Shown one piece after another: positions 52,201 to 64,000 of a stretch of DNA of 64,000 nt. Both the position numbers and the translations under genes were made by a program. This DNA is from Thalia democratica (lineage: Eukaryota): positions 53,630,001 through 53,694,000 of the forward strand of contig OZ241828.1 of NCBI GenBank assembly GCA_965202585.1, written 5' to 3'. Below the pieces are notes generated by a model. That model did not search any database and was not told the origin of the DNA. It saw only the letters and a list, made by a program, of their open reading frames with translations. Within the stretch, counting starts at the first letter, position 1, and every line of letters begins with the position of its first letter.

Positions 52201-55200
52201 TACCTAGTTGTGTAATATAGTAATTAATGTGCGTATGATTATATTTTATACCTTTAAGTTTTGTTTTTAATAGAAAAATACACTTCTATTATTACAAAAT
52301 ATTTGAGTAATAAACTTTTAAAATGATGTTATTAAAGTTTACTAGCAGAGTTGCTAAAAGTTAACATTTTATTTACTTATGTTTTTTGTTTAACATTTAT
52401 ACATTTTAGAACATATAAAAGTTTATATAACTAGCTTTATAGAACAACAATAAATTATGTTTGTAATGATATTAAATTGTCAATAATTTGTTTTAAGCAT
52501 ACTAAAAGTTGTTTCTTTATTCAATTACTTAGTTTCTACTATATACCATATAAAACTATTGTTCTAAGGTACTAAAAGTATTTCTTACAAAACAAAGTCT
52601 ATTATTTTACAACTCATTGTTGATCGCTATTTGTAGTCTTTGTTTTTGCAAAGTTTTTCCCACCAAAAGCTTTAACAACAAGTTTATATCGGACACTTAA
52701 AATCACACATTAACACTATTAATATCACAACTTTCTATTGTTTTTCACAAAAAGAGAAAAACATCATTTATTGTTTCAAATTATCACAAATACCGTCACT
52801 CCGTCACATGCCAAATAGCGAAAAAGCTATTAAAAGAAATCGAATCTCATGACAAGCGAAAACAAAGCTTAATCGTTTCTTATCACGTCACAATGGCCCA
52901 CCAAATCCTCTGCAAAGCATCATTCCTCGCCTTTGGATGTCTTGATGAGGCAAGATCCGCTGCAAGTGACGTCACAGCTGCTTTCATGTGCTTTATGACG
53001 TGACAATAGCTGCTTGCGGCTTGTCACCGTTATCGCCTGCACTTTCGGCTGATGCCTCCGTGCCCTTCCGGCCGACCAGCACGTCAGGGTGAGGCGTGGT
53101 TGCAAGCGCAGGGGTCAGTGAGAGTTTGTCAGATGTTTTGGTGATTCGAACATGTGGTGCAGTTAGGGTAGTTTAATTGTTATCACAAAAGTTTATTATA
53201 AAAACGAGTTATTAAAACAGTAATGACGCTTTGTTACAATGTTAGCTGATATTTAAATATGAGGTAAAAAAAAGAAATATTACATTTTTCATATCTAATT
53301 TTTGTTGTAATTTATAAATGAAGCAGATTTTAATTTCGAAAAACTTATTTTTATAAGAAAATCTTAATTAATTTAATCTTTTTATAAGTTTATTTTTGGT
53401 TTTAATCTTATATCACTTTATTACCATTTATTCCAAAAAAAAACAACAATTTATTTTCCATTCATCATTTCAAGAATGTAATAAACGATATATAATTGCA
53501 GACTTAAATAAAACATAATGAAAGGTCAAAAGTAATTTGCTTTTAAGTTTTACCTTACTTCGATTGGCAGTTTTAAATCTATTTACTTTTTAAAATTCTA
53601 AAAGTTAGTACTTAATAACAACATTAAAATTTAGTTATAAACATAAGAACTGAAAATAAAACCAACAATTCAACATACAAAATAACTTAAAGCTTTTTAT
53701 TTTTCGGAAATTTTTATCAGCAAGTACAATAACTTGATTAAAATTCAGAAAAACTAAAAAAAGAAAGAGTTTTAAATTTGATCAAAAAATAAATATGAAA
53801 GGTGGACAGTAGGCTCAAGCGAAGGATTATGATGAAAACTCGTTAATTCACTACTTTAAGCTCAGTAAGACTTTCTGCCAGTTATAATCGCTTAAGGTTG
53901 TGTTAATTTCACGTAAGACCAAGTTAGAAAGTATTTATTTTTGTATAACTGTAGCTTGACAGTTAAAACTTTATAAAAAAATAACGTGAAACTTTTAAAG
54001 TGGTACAACTTAGAGACATACAATAAGTTTACAAAATAAAAAAAGTTGAAATTAAATTTTTTTCATGAAAATTCTTTCCATAACCTTTTTAAGTTGAAAT
54101 GTTTTGAATTTACTTTTACGGATTTCATACATAAAGAGGTAGTCATTAAGCAATTTCTTAATAAACATCAAATCCATCTCACTTTCAGCTGGATCCGCCC
54201 GTATCATAAAACTTTGCCTTTTAGAAATTTTTAAGGTTACGATGACTTTTCCGTTGTTAAAAGCAGCAAAACAACTCAGCGAGAGTTCGCACCTGTCCAG
54301 TGACTGTTCAACTGGAAATTCGAGTTAAATCAAAGTTACCTCTTAATTATTCCCATGCGCGACTCACACAACTTAGGCCAAAACTTTTCGGTAATTTATA
54401 GCCGAGCAATACATCAAAACCTCGCTGAAATATCGCAAGCGAATCGAGTGCTGGCGTTGTTTAATGTTTCGGTAATTTCGAGTTGACAGCGAAAGGTCAC
54501 TTTTTGTGGTGTTTATGACATCACGATGCTTTTAACTGACGATTTTCACAGCAAAGAAAAGTCAAGCGTGTGATAAAATTTTAAGTGTGTTTTCCAAACA
54601 CTGATTGTTTTGAAGCTAGCCACAAAATGGTTGCTTAAATGTTGCCTAAAGAGAGGTTTAGATCAATTTTGAAACCAGAAGTAAGATGAATTTGTGTGTT
54701 GCTAACAAAATTTAATCAAAGTAGTGTTCAAATATTTACATGAATATTAAAAAAATTATCACCTTATCCTAAACATTCTGCAATTTGGTTTTTACAATTA
54801 TTGCTTTAAACATATCCATTGCTCTATACAATTGATGTATATGTATATAGAATATATCAATTTAATGTAAACAAACTTCGAACAGGTACCAAAGTTACCG
54901 CATTATAAAAAACTCGTGCATTATGCTCATTTTCTATTGTTTACTATGAACTAAATATTTCTTACTTCTGTTTCTAAGACGTTAAATAAATTTATTCAAT
55001 AAAACACCTTTATAGTTTGTAAAAAAATTTGAAACATATTTTTAAGACTTAAGGTACCTATACTTTTTTAGTGTTTTTCAAAACTGTTTTGTTTCAAAAA
55101 ATCATGTTCTCGATGCAGTATGCCTTACAAATTAAGAATAAAAATATTTTATTAAGTTTATACTTAGGAAATAATATAAGCTTACATTTAAAAAATAATG

Positions 55201-56779
55201 TTATAAGATTTGGAACTTATGTCAATTTTATATTTAAGTACAACTTGTTGACATCAAAAGATTTTTAAAATGCACTAGTGTTAACGGAAAAATATTACAT
55301 TATTTTTTTGATTGCTAGCATATAAACCTTAACTGATACATTTTCAAATCACACATTTTAATTTAATTAGTCAATAGTTTTCAAAAACCAAACTAGACAC
55401 TTAAAAATTAATTGTGCAACTTTAATTATGATTGTTAAATATTTAATTTACTTTGAAAAATAACCAAAGCATCTTGTACTTTACTTAATAATACTTGTAA
55501 AACACTGCGTCCCGCTAGCAACACCTCGATTAATCATGATGTCAATATCCAAGCAGCCCACGCTCTGCAGCTGATTGAAACCACGACTTTCTCTGTCGAT
55601 AAATCGGTACAAAAATGGTAAAAAAGTTTGTAAAAACTCTTAATATACACAAACGGCACAGATGAGTTGAAAGTCGGAGCAAATCCGTTAAAAAGCAGGC
55701 TGTATTCTTGTGTACCGAGCTTAAGTCTTATGTGACGTAATAATACTTCACAGCTTGAGTCTTAAGAAATCTAATAAGCCTTATAACAATTGTCGGAGGA
55801 TGTATTTATAGCTTCCATGAATTCAGTTTAACAAAACATGCTCCTTTTTGTTTTTTTTTTTCAATCATAAAAAACTTTAACTGAATGAAACCCTTTTACT
55901 GAAAAAACCTAACAGTATAACTTTATATATATACTTTTGTAAGAAAAATAAGATATATATGGCGAGATTTACGCAAGTAAAACTTTAAAAGCTGTAAATT
56001 TATTAAAGGTAATTAAAAGTAGTGCGTACACAAATTTATCATATAAATGACTAAGCAAACTATGAACTTATTTCAGTAGAAATGAAATAATTCTGTTTGG
56101 GCTACGCTTCTGTAATTTAGACTTATGCGAAACCTGATCAAGTGGAAACTATACTAAACATTGATCTAAGTCTAAAGTTATGAACTTTATCCAAAATGTA
56201 AATAATGCTTCAATTAGTAGAAGTTTTAAACTTTTGTTTGTTGTTGGTTTTTCATCAATTTAGACTTTAAAAAACCTGAACTTTTGAGTAGACCATTACT
56301 TTCTAACAGATATTTGGCAAAAACTTTCTATGAGTATCTCTTTTAAAACAGTACATAGAGCGTTTAAGGAAGTATTAGTAAAACTTTTAGCAATTTTTTA
56401 GTTAAATAGTAAAAAAAAACTTTACTTACGACGTATAGAAACTTTATATATTCTTAAGTCGTATACTACTCTAGATTAAAGTATTGAATATCGATATATA
56501 GACTTATTTGTTTTATGAATTTATTAAATAAAAATGTAAAAAGTTTATCAATTAGTTATATAGTTAAAACTATAAGTTTTACTCGTGAGAAAAAGCTACT
56601 AACAAAGAATATTTTGCTATAGTCTTAATCAGAATCTCTAGTAAGTTTCGTAACTAAGATAAGCATTTTAAAAATTGTTTGAGACCTTTACTGAAGTTTA
56701 TTTTTACAAAAGAACAATTGATTAAAGTAAAGCAAGTTTTAGTTTTTGTGTTTTTAAATCCAAATAAACCTCACGAAAT

Positions 56780-56824
56780 TTTTTTTCGCTCCAATAGATA
56801 GGAAAATCTTAAATTGTCAAACAC
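56780..56824 (-). repeat. Short interspersed repeat, copy B
   Basis: 38/45 ungapped identity to 11271-11315; shared core TCTATTGGAGCGAAAAAAA. Confidence 0.7.
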
Positions 56825-59800
56825 TATTTTTTTTTAGTTTTCAACATTCAAAAAACGATATTATTTACTGTAAAATGACAGCATATTAAAATAATTAAAT
56901 CAAAAATCTTTTAAAATTTGCTTTTCATTTTTCAGTCTAGTCTTAGTTCACCAGCAAGTTTATTTTCTTTTCCGTAGGCTCTTTTTGGACTACGTTTAAA
57001 ACTTAACTCAGTCAATGTTTAATTAAAGTGTAGTATATTTTGTAAAACATAATTTAAGCAAAGCTTTTAAAAATATAGTTGTTTATGGGCTTTTATACTG
57101 CATTTAGTTTTACAAAGATGTAAGTTTAAAATACATAAAATACTAGGTTTTGTCATTTAATGCTTAATGAGTAAAAAATCAAAAACTAAAATTTTCAAAT
57201 TCAGAGATATAGTTAAAAGCATTTAAAAAAAGTTTTACCAGCAGCACATATATTATAACAAATGTTTAGTATTATTTTAATCGTAAGTAAATATTTACCG
57301 TTTTTTTTGATTAGAAACGTAATCAGTTATGATTCATAGAAGTTTATTTTTAATTTTGTATTACCACCTTTGATTATATTATCTCGTGTTTAAAAAATTC
57401 AAGAAGAATGAGCCTGTTTAATATTAATGACTTAATTGTTATATTTTAATCTTAAAGACTATAAAAAAAGTGTAAAATGTTTTTTAACTGTAACAACTTA
57501 AAATACTTTTGTATCATTCGTAAAACGTCGTCTTTTTACATAAATATCTATAAAACGGGTAAGTATCTAAGAAAGCAGTTTTGCTCAACTTAATTTGTCA
57601 AACAGTTTATCTCCAGGTGCATATTCAAACATATTTTTGATTAGATAATAAAAAACTAAAAATAACAAGTTTATAACTTATTAAAAGTTTTGATAAAATA
57701 TTTTATAAGTCTTGTACGTTACACATTTAAATGTGTTACTAACAAAAAAGATTTTAGCGACTCAAAGCGTTCAAAATATTTCCACTTTCCATCATTAGTT
57801 TGCATAGCCTTAAGCAATTTCAGCGATTCGACATCGGCTGTGAGATCATAAACGCTTGATTATTAATTTAAACGAGCAATATTAAAAGTTTCAACATTAT
57901 TTTGTGTATGCATAATTGTATCAAATAAACTATTCTTACACAAAATTACCGTTTTGTTTTGTACTAAAATTAGCTAAGATGAAATTGATTGTTTTTTTCT
58001 AAAATATATTTTTGCTAATATAGCTAAACATGTTATTGATAGCATAGCTTAACATATAGATTTTCTGTAACTGTAACAAAAAATTAGAAAACTTTGTAAA
58101 CTCTGTAAACATTTGCAATAAACCACAAAAAGTTTTTACTACTATTTTGATCACACTTTTACGGTTTAAACATAAACTAAATCGAACATTAAATTTTGTA
58201 CTAAAACAAATTTACCTTATTTTAATGACAGTTTAAAAGATAAAAAAATTTACTTTAAAATAATTAATATTTTAGCACTATTTAACACAAGTAAACAGTT
58301 CAAACCTATAATATTTTACACGCGTTCAGTGTTTTTACTAAAATACATTTAACGATTCAGTTTTTATAGTCATAATATCAAAATATTACCAACGCAATGT
58401 TTATTATTCAAACAAGTTTTTACAATTGTTTATTATGCATATTTTTTTTTGTTAAAGAGTTTACAGAGTAAAAAGTTGTATTTGCTTTGTTTGGGTTTAA
58501 AAACATATAGAAACTATCTTCTTTTCAATATATGGCACAACAGCACTAAACTAATACTTTATACAATTAAAACTATGTTATACACAACAAAAATTGTCAA
58601 TAATAATTTTTGTTCCCATAATATTTATTATTAAATCAAGTCTTAATATCTAGTATTTGTTTAGAAAAAGGTGTGACCTTTTTTTAAGTATATGACAAAA
58701 ACTAGTTTCTCACAGAATTTTAATTGTTTTTATTAAATTTGTACTCTGAATGAATTTTTAAGCATTATTTCTCATCACTCGTATTTAGAATGTAGCTTAT
58801 AAAATAATTAATTAAGCTTATTTGTTTAATCGATTTAACTTTTCTTTAATTTTTATATTTTTATTTGTAGTTCTTTACGGACATTTTTTCAAACATAACC
58901 CTAAATTTTTGACTTCACTTCAAGCTTGAAAGTAAAACTAAATTCTTTAAAAAACTTCATACAATTTAAGAATTTTCAACATAAGTCTTTTTAGTTATCC
59001 GAGTCTTGATACTTCATTATCAGCACCATCTAGCAATTTACAAAGTTTAACTTGATCAGAATCGCTAATAAACTTAATTCGGTACATAAACGGTCAATTT
59101 GTAAAACAAAACCGAAACGACACACATTTTGTCGGGCAGCAACTGTTAAGTCTCTTTGAAACATGAGATTGCAAACTGAAAACAACTTGAAAAAAGTGTT
59201 TTTTTACTAAGGTACAAGTTTGTACAAAGCCGTTTATTAAACTTTAACTGGTTTCCTATTACAATAAATTAGCCACTTTTATTGTGCGTAAGGCTTCCAT
59301 CAGACAGCAATAAAGCAAACAATTGCAAAAATTATATCGAGTAATCGTTTTAAAAACGAGAATAAACGGTCTTTTATATTCATTTTTATATGAAGATGGT
59401 GATTAGGTATAGAATTCTATCTTAAAGTGACTAAGATTCTCTAACAAGCGTTCTGAAATCTTATACAAAAATTAAAATGATAAAATATTAAATTGTATTA
59501 AAATGCGGCGTAATTTTGCAGAAAAAGCATTAAATTTTTTGTAACAGTAAGAAATAAGTTTGTAGTTGAAAAATGGTATGGGCTGTAGATAACTCCACAG
59601 TGGGAAGCGAAAACAAAAACTATAAAAACTATTAATTTTTTGTATAATTTTTAAAGTTTAAACTTTTTGTTGTTAAATTTTAAAATTGTAAATGTACACA
59701 AGCTAGTAAAGTATTATGATATATTCTAAAACAGTATTTTTATCAAAACACAATGAGTATTTTAAAATAGACACACTTATTTCCAATGGTAGTTGCAATT

Positions 59801-61230
59801 ACTAAAATGAAAATATTTATCTTTATTTTAAAGAAGTATATATTAAAAAGTCTATCAAGTGGAACATTAAAGAAATCATATAAAAGTTTTAGATAATCAA
59901 TAAGAAAACAGTACAAGTGTTTCTCAAATATTTCTTTAAAGAAACAAAACGAAGTTACGAGACTTCTTCTAAACGAACAAACTAAAGTTTAAAATTGCTT
60001 TCAACTAAACTTAAACTTTTATCAATACAAAAAGTTGCGCAACCTTATGTTTGTCACAAACTTTTTTTGAGAGGTGAACTTAATTACTTGGTAATCCCGG
60101 GCAGCTTTGTAAGGTAACTACGTTGAAACTACAACACTTTTCGAAGGACAATAAACATAATCCCGCTCTGTTATCCTTACACCTTTTCAGTTTGTTTTGC
60201 GTTATACTTTGTCAAGCTAAACCAATTATAATAGATTTTAAGGTCTAGCAATTTTTTAAAAGTTACAAAAAGTATAAGGTTAGATTTTTATGTTTTTAAA
60301 AAGTATTTTAACTAATCTGAAAGTGATTTGGTCAAAAACCCTTCTTAAAGTCTATAGTGTTTTTTTTTTGAAACATTTGATTTTTTTTTAAGTCTTCTAC
60401 AGCGCTTAAGCTATATTTTCTATGTTTTTTTTCTAACTAAAACTTTGCTAAAGCTGTTTAAAAAAAATTATGATAACCCACAAAACTAAAAAACAATTAT
60501 TGGTTTTGATTAAAAAAGATAATTTTTTAGTGATATGCATCACCAAAAATTTACATTGTTGTATTTGCATGAGTATACTTGAAACAAAAATCTACAGAAT
60601 TTTCAATGTAATTAAGTTAAATGCACTATAATTATATTAGCCATGAATTTGAAATAAAAATTGTTTTGGTGTAAAACGTCAACAAAACAACAATTTATAT
60701 TCGTCAATCCCATTAAGTGTGACAGGACAACACGAAATAATTAAATTTGACATTTGTAATGTGCATGGGAAAATTGAATGTATTAATAAAAACAGAATGT
60801 TGCATAAAAATACGATACAAAAATCCATACTTTCTTGATTTAAATTTTTAAATTACAGCAGTAATGTGAAATCTTACATTCTGAGAAAATTATTCGAATT
60901 GACTAAGGTCCTTAAAAGTTATTTTCAGTAAAACAGACAAAACTTTCTTTTGTTGTTTACATGATGCATTGACAAGAAAGTTTGTCTAAAAGCAATGCAA
61001 GTATTTAAATTTCTTGTTGCAATACAATACCTTTTATGTAGCTTAGACAGTAAGCTGATTTTATGTATAAAAGCTTATAGTTTTCAATTTAGTTGACTTA
61101 GTGCTAAAATAAAGGAATGATGTTTAAGAAAAGTTTTGAATTTAATAGATTTAAACAAACATAGAGTTGAAGTCTAAATAAAATTACTTTTTATTATAAG
61201 TGACCTGACCAATGTGCATAGTACTTTTTA

Positions 61231-62340
61231 TCATATGGGTTGCTGTGCGGGTTTTCTTAAAACTTTAGAAACACTGGCTAAGAACATAAATCGTTTTTAA
61301 AACTTTTTGAATTTCCGTTTAAAAATGTTTCTTTAAATAAAACTTTCATAAAAATATCATAAAAATATTCATTTAAGGTGTATTAAATTACTGAAATTAA
61401 ACATATCATCTTGAAAACAGAATTCAATAACTTTGATACAGTAATTTATTATGCAGAATTAAATAATACTGATTACACTATATCGTTGAGTTATATTTAG
61501 TTTTACGGATTTATTTTTTTAAATGTTAGAAACAAACGGAATTGTGAAAAATAATGGTTTTATGCTCTACTACGCTCTAGCGGTTAAACTGGAAAACTGT
61601 TGTTTATCATTTACCAAAAAAAAAGCATCACAAAATAAATTTTAAACTATTTTTACACATCATTAAAGTTATAAACGTATAATTTATTGTATACATTTAA
61701 AAAAGAAGTCAACTATGGCAGTAGTAATATCTTTAAATAAAAAGAAATACATATAAAGCTTTGTATTAACCAAAATCTAGTATTTAGTAAGTATAAGTTT
61801 TTTTTGATAGTTGTAGGCTTGTTAAGACCGCACTAAAGTTTAAAAACCATAAGTAATAATTTTTAATTTTCTTCTTTAGATTGTTATTACATCCAGAAGT
61901 ATTTGTATACGTACAACAAGTCGTATTAACTCTTTATATAAACTTTAGAAGGTTTTTTACTGTTTTTTTTTTACTACTAGCGTCCTATTTGTATAAAAAA
62001 AAAAACTTTGTTTAGTTGTAAAAAAAGAATTTAAAAACATATTGTCTTTTACTATAAAGAAGCAAACCCAAGCTTGTTTAATTTAGCTTTTTTTAGTTTT
62101 CTTTAAACTGCTATACTAGCTTTTAATTGATTTAACCAACTAGCTTTTTCTATAATTTATTTTACCAAATGTTATAAACAAAGATTTTAATTTCTCTACT
62201 TTAAAATCTTATAAAGATTAAGAATGAAAAGCATCGTTTAACAAACTGCTTTCAAATGTTATACATAGTAAGGGGTTGTTGCACCTAACTTATTAGAGAA
62301 CTGACCTTTGGGTTCATACCATGTTCTCATTATTCTGTCT
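61231..62340 (-). other. Possible last two coding exons of a convergent minus-strand gene (62340-62306 and 61277-61231)
   Basis: taactag|..AAG|gtcagt and ttatgttcttag|..TGA splice in phase to DRIMRTWYEPK-ASVSKVLRKPAQQPI*; no recognised homology and no upstream exon found. Confidence 0.18.
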
Positions 62341-64000
62341 CTAGTTATTAAGCTCTTTGATAGATAACTTTTATAAAGTCTTTAATTTTTGTAGGTTTTT
62401 AATTAATGACAAGCAAATTAGTTTGATTATTTATTTACCAACCTGTTTATAATTAAAAAACATTTGTACTTTATAACTAACTAGTTTCAAAACATTTTAC
62501 TCATGCTTGATGAGTTAAGTAAAAATGAATACAAATAAGATTAAGTTATATTGTTACATTTATTCGAGTATGCTTTAAGATAGTTCTGTATAAAAAACTC
62601 TTAACTTTAGATAAGCTTGGTAATGTTTTTTTTTTCAATCCATTTTAAATGCGTTTTTACAATATAATGTATTATTGTTGTTGAAATAAAATCAAAAGTT
62701 TAATAATCATCTTGAATAAAATATAACATCTATTCATTTAAGATAAACTTAGTTATATTAAATTTAATAGAACAAAATACATTATCTTAACTTTGGAAAT
62801 TCTCTTTGCATAATTGCACAATAAAGCTTTTACATACTTTAATAAAAGCAATAACTACAATACAACAAAATGACTTCAATTCGTTTTAAAATATATGTTA
62901 TTTAGATTTTAGAAGAACAAAATTTTTGTTTTCAAATATACTACTCTTAAGTGATTTTTTTAATTGTTGGCTCTAAAATGACTTGTGTAAAAAATAAATT
63001 TTGATTTATATGACTAGAAACATCTGCTTTGACATAATCTTAAACCAAACAACAAATAAGTTTATGATGTCAATTGCTTAAGATTAAAAGTCTCACGGGT
63101 AACCCTATCCTCTAACTTTTATCGACAACCAAGTTTCAAACTTCTAATTCTAAGATGACTATATGTGTAAAACAGCCTTTTCTGCAATTTTGAAACGTTT
63201 GTTATTCAGAATTTAATACTTAGCCACAATTCCAGGGCTCAATCAAAAAACATTAGTTTGATCCAATAATTTTTTATCCTTAACGGCTTTTGATTAACTT
63301 TGTTTTACTTGAAAATAAAGTATTGAGTATAAATCCAAGCTTTAAGCAAAACCAACTGTTTTATTTTTAAATGCTATAAAAATCATGAAAAAAGAATTCA
63401 AAATTATAGTTGTATTATGTATATGTGTTTGAATAGCTATGGCTAATTCCTGTGTTATGTGAATGATACTAAAGAAGGTAGTATGCTTTTCGAAAGTTGT
63501 TTAAAAAACATCTAGTTAAGTAATAATTACTACAGTTCTACTGATTTAGTTGTTAAAAGCTCTAAAATACAGCTTTAAGTATATTGTGATAGATAAGAGG
63601 CATTAAAAATTTTTAGATAATCAAGAAAAAAACTTAAAAAGTTGTAAATCTATCAATTAAAAAAAAAGTAATTGTTTGATTTCCTTACACGGAAGAACGT
63701 TTATTTGTACACCAATGTTTAAATTTTAACTAATTTTAACATTGTTTACGTTCAAAATCTTTTTAATTATATGACTGTTATTTAGGTCTTTTAGGGGACA
63801 GATTTCGTACCAATAAGTAGTTTAAAAATAAAGTGTTTTTAGTTACGTCATAATTGTAAAAAAGTAGTGTACATTTGAATCCTAAATCAATTTGTACAAA
63901 AATCAATTAAAAGCCCTGCTAATATAAATGTGCTTTGTTGTATTAAAACAAAATATATTTAAACTCCTATGCGCAAGGGAATTTAGTTATCGTTCTAAAA

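Noticed and set aside
60692-60838. NLYSSIP-containing frame resembling a Penelope-type RT motif
   Set aside because: The catalytic Asp context is absent, the frame is short and no other RT motifs are nearby.
1-64000. CRISPR arrays, rRNA, operons, intact transposons, long tandem arrays
   Set aside because: None seen. The DNA is spliceosomal-intron eukaryotic; the dispersed palindrome is not regularly spaced; poly-A/T runs are background.

Overview
AT-rich eukaryotic genomic DNA, not prokaryotic. The window is dominated by one plus-strand, intron-rich gene encoding a latrophilin-like adhesion GPCR (ADGRL family). I reconstructed 19 coding exons by hand between 30351 and 49205. All introns are GT-AG and all phases are consistent, giving 5006 nt (about 1668 codons) plus an upstream signal-peptide part. 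Domain order: SUEL/Gal-lectin, olfactomedin, short Thr-rich linker, hormone-receptor motif, GAIN/GPS, 7TM, a roughly 600-aa His/Gln/Ser-rich cytoplasmic tail, and a class I PDZ-binding end (ITNL). The first ~30 kb and last ~15 kb are non-coding AT-rich DNA with GC-richer enhancer/promoter-like islands, plus weak hints of neighbouring minus-strand genes at both edges. The chordate-type domain order, compact introns and a recurrent ATTGTGACGTCATAAT palindrome suggest an invertebrate chordate, probably an ascidian (inference only). Main oddities: a non-canonical GPS site (HA|T), a ~30-aa acidic insertion between the tethered agonist and TM1, loss of most conserved 7TM activation residues, tandem last-exon acceptors that would switch the long PDZ tail on or off, and candidate micro/mutually exclusive exons at the lectin-OLF junction. 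Together these suggest an adhesion/scaffold-biased, splice-switched latrophilin. Vertebrate reference sequences are recalled from memory; no searches were run.
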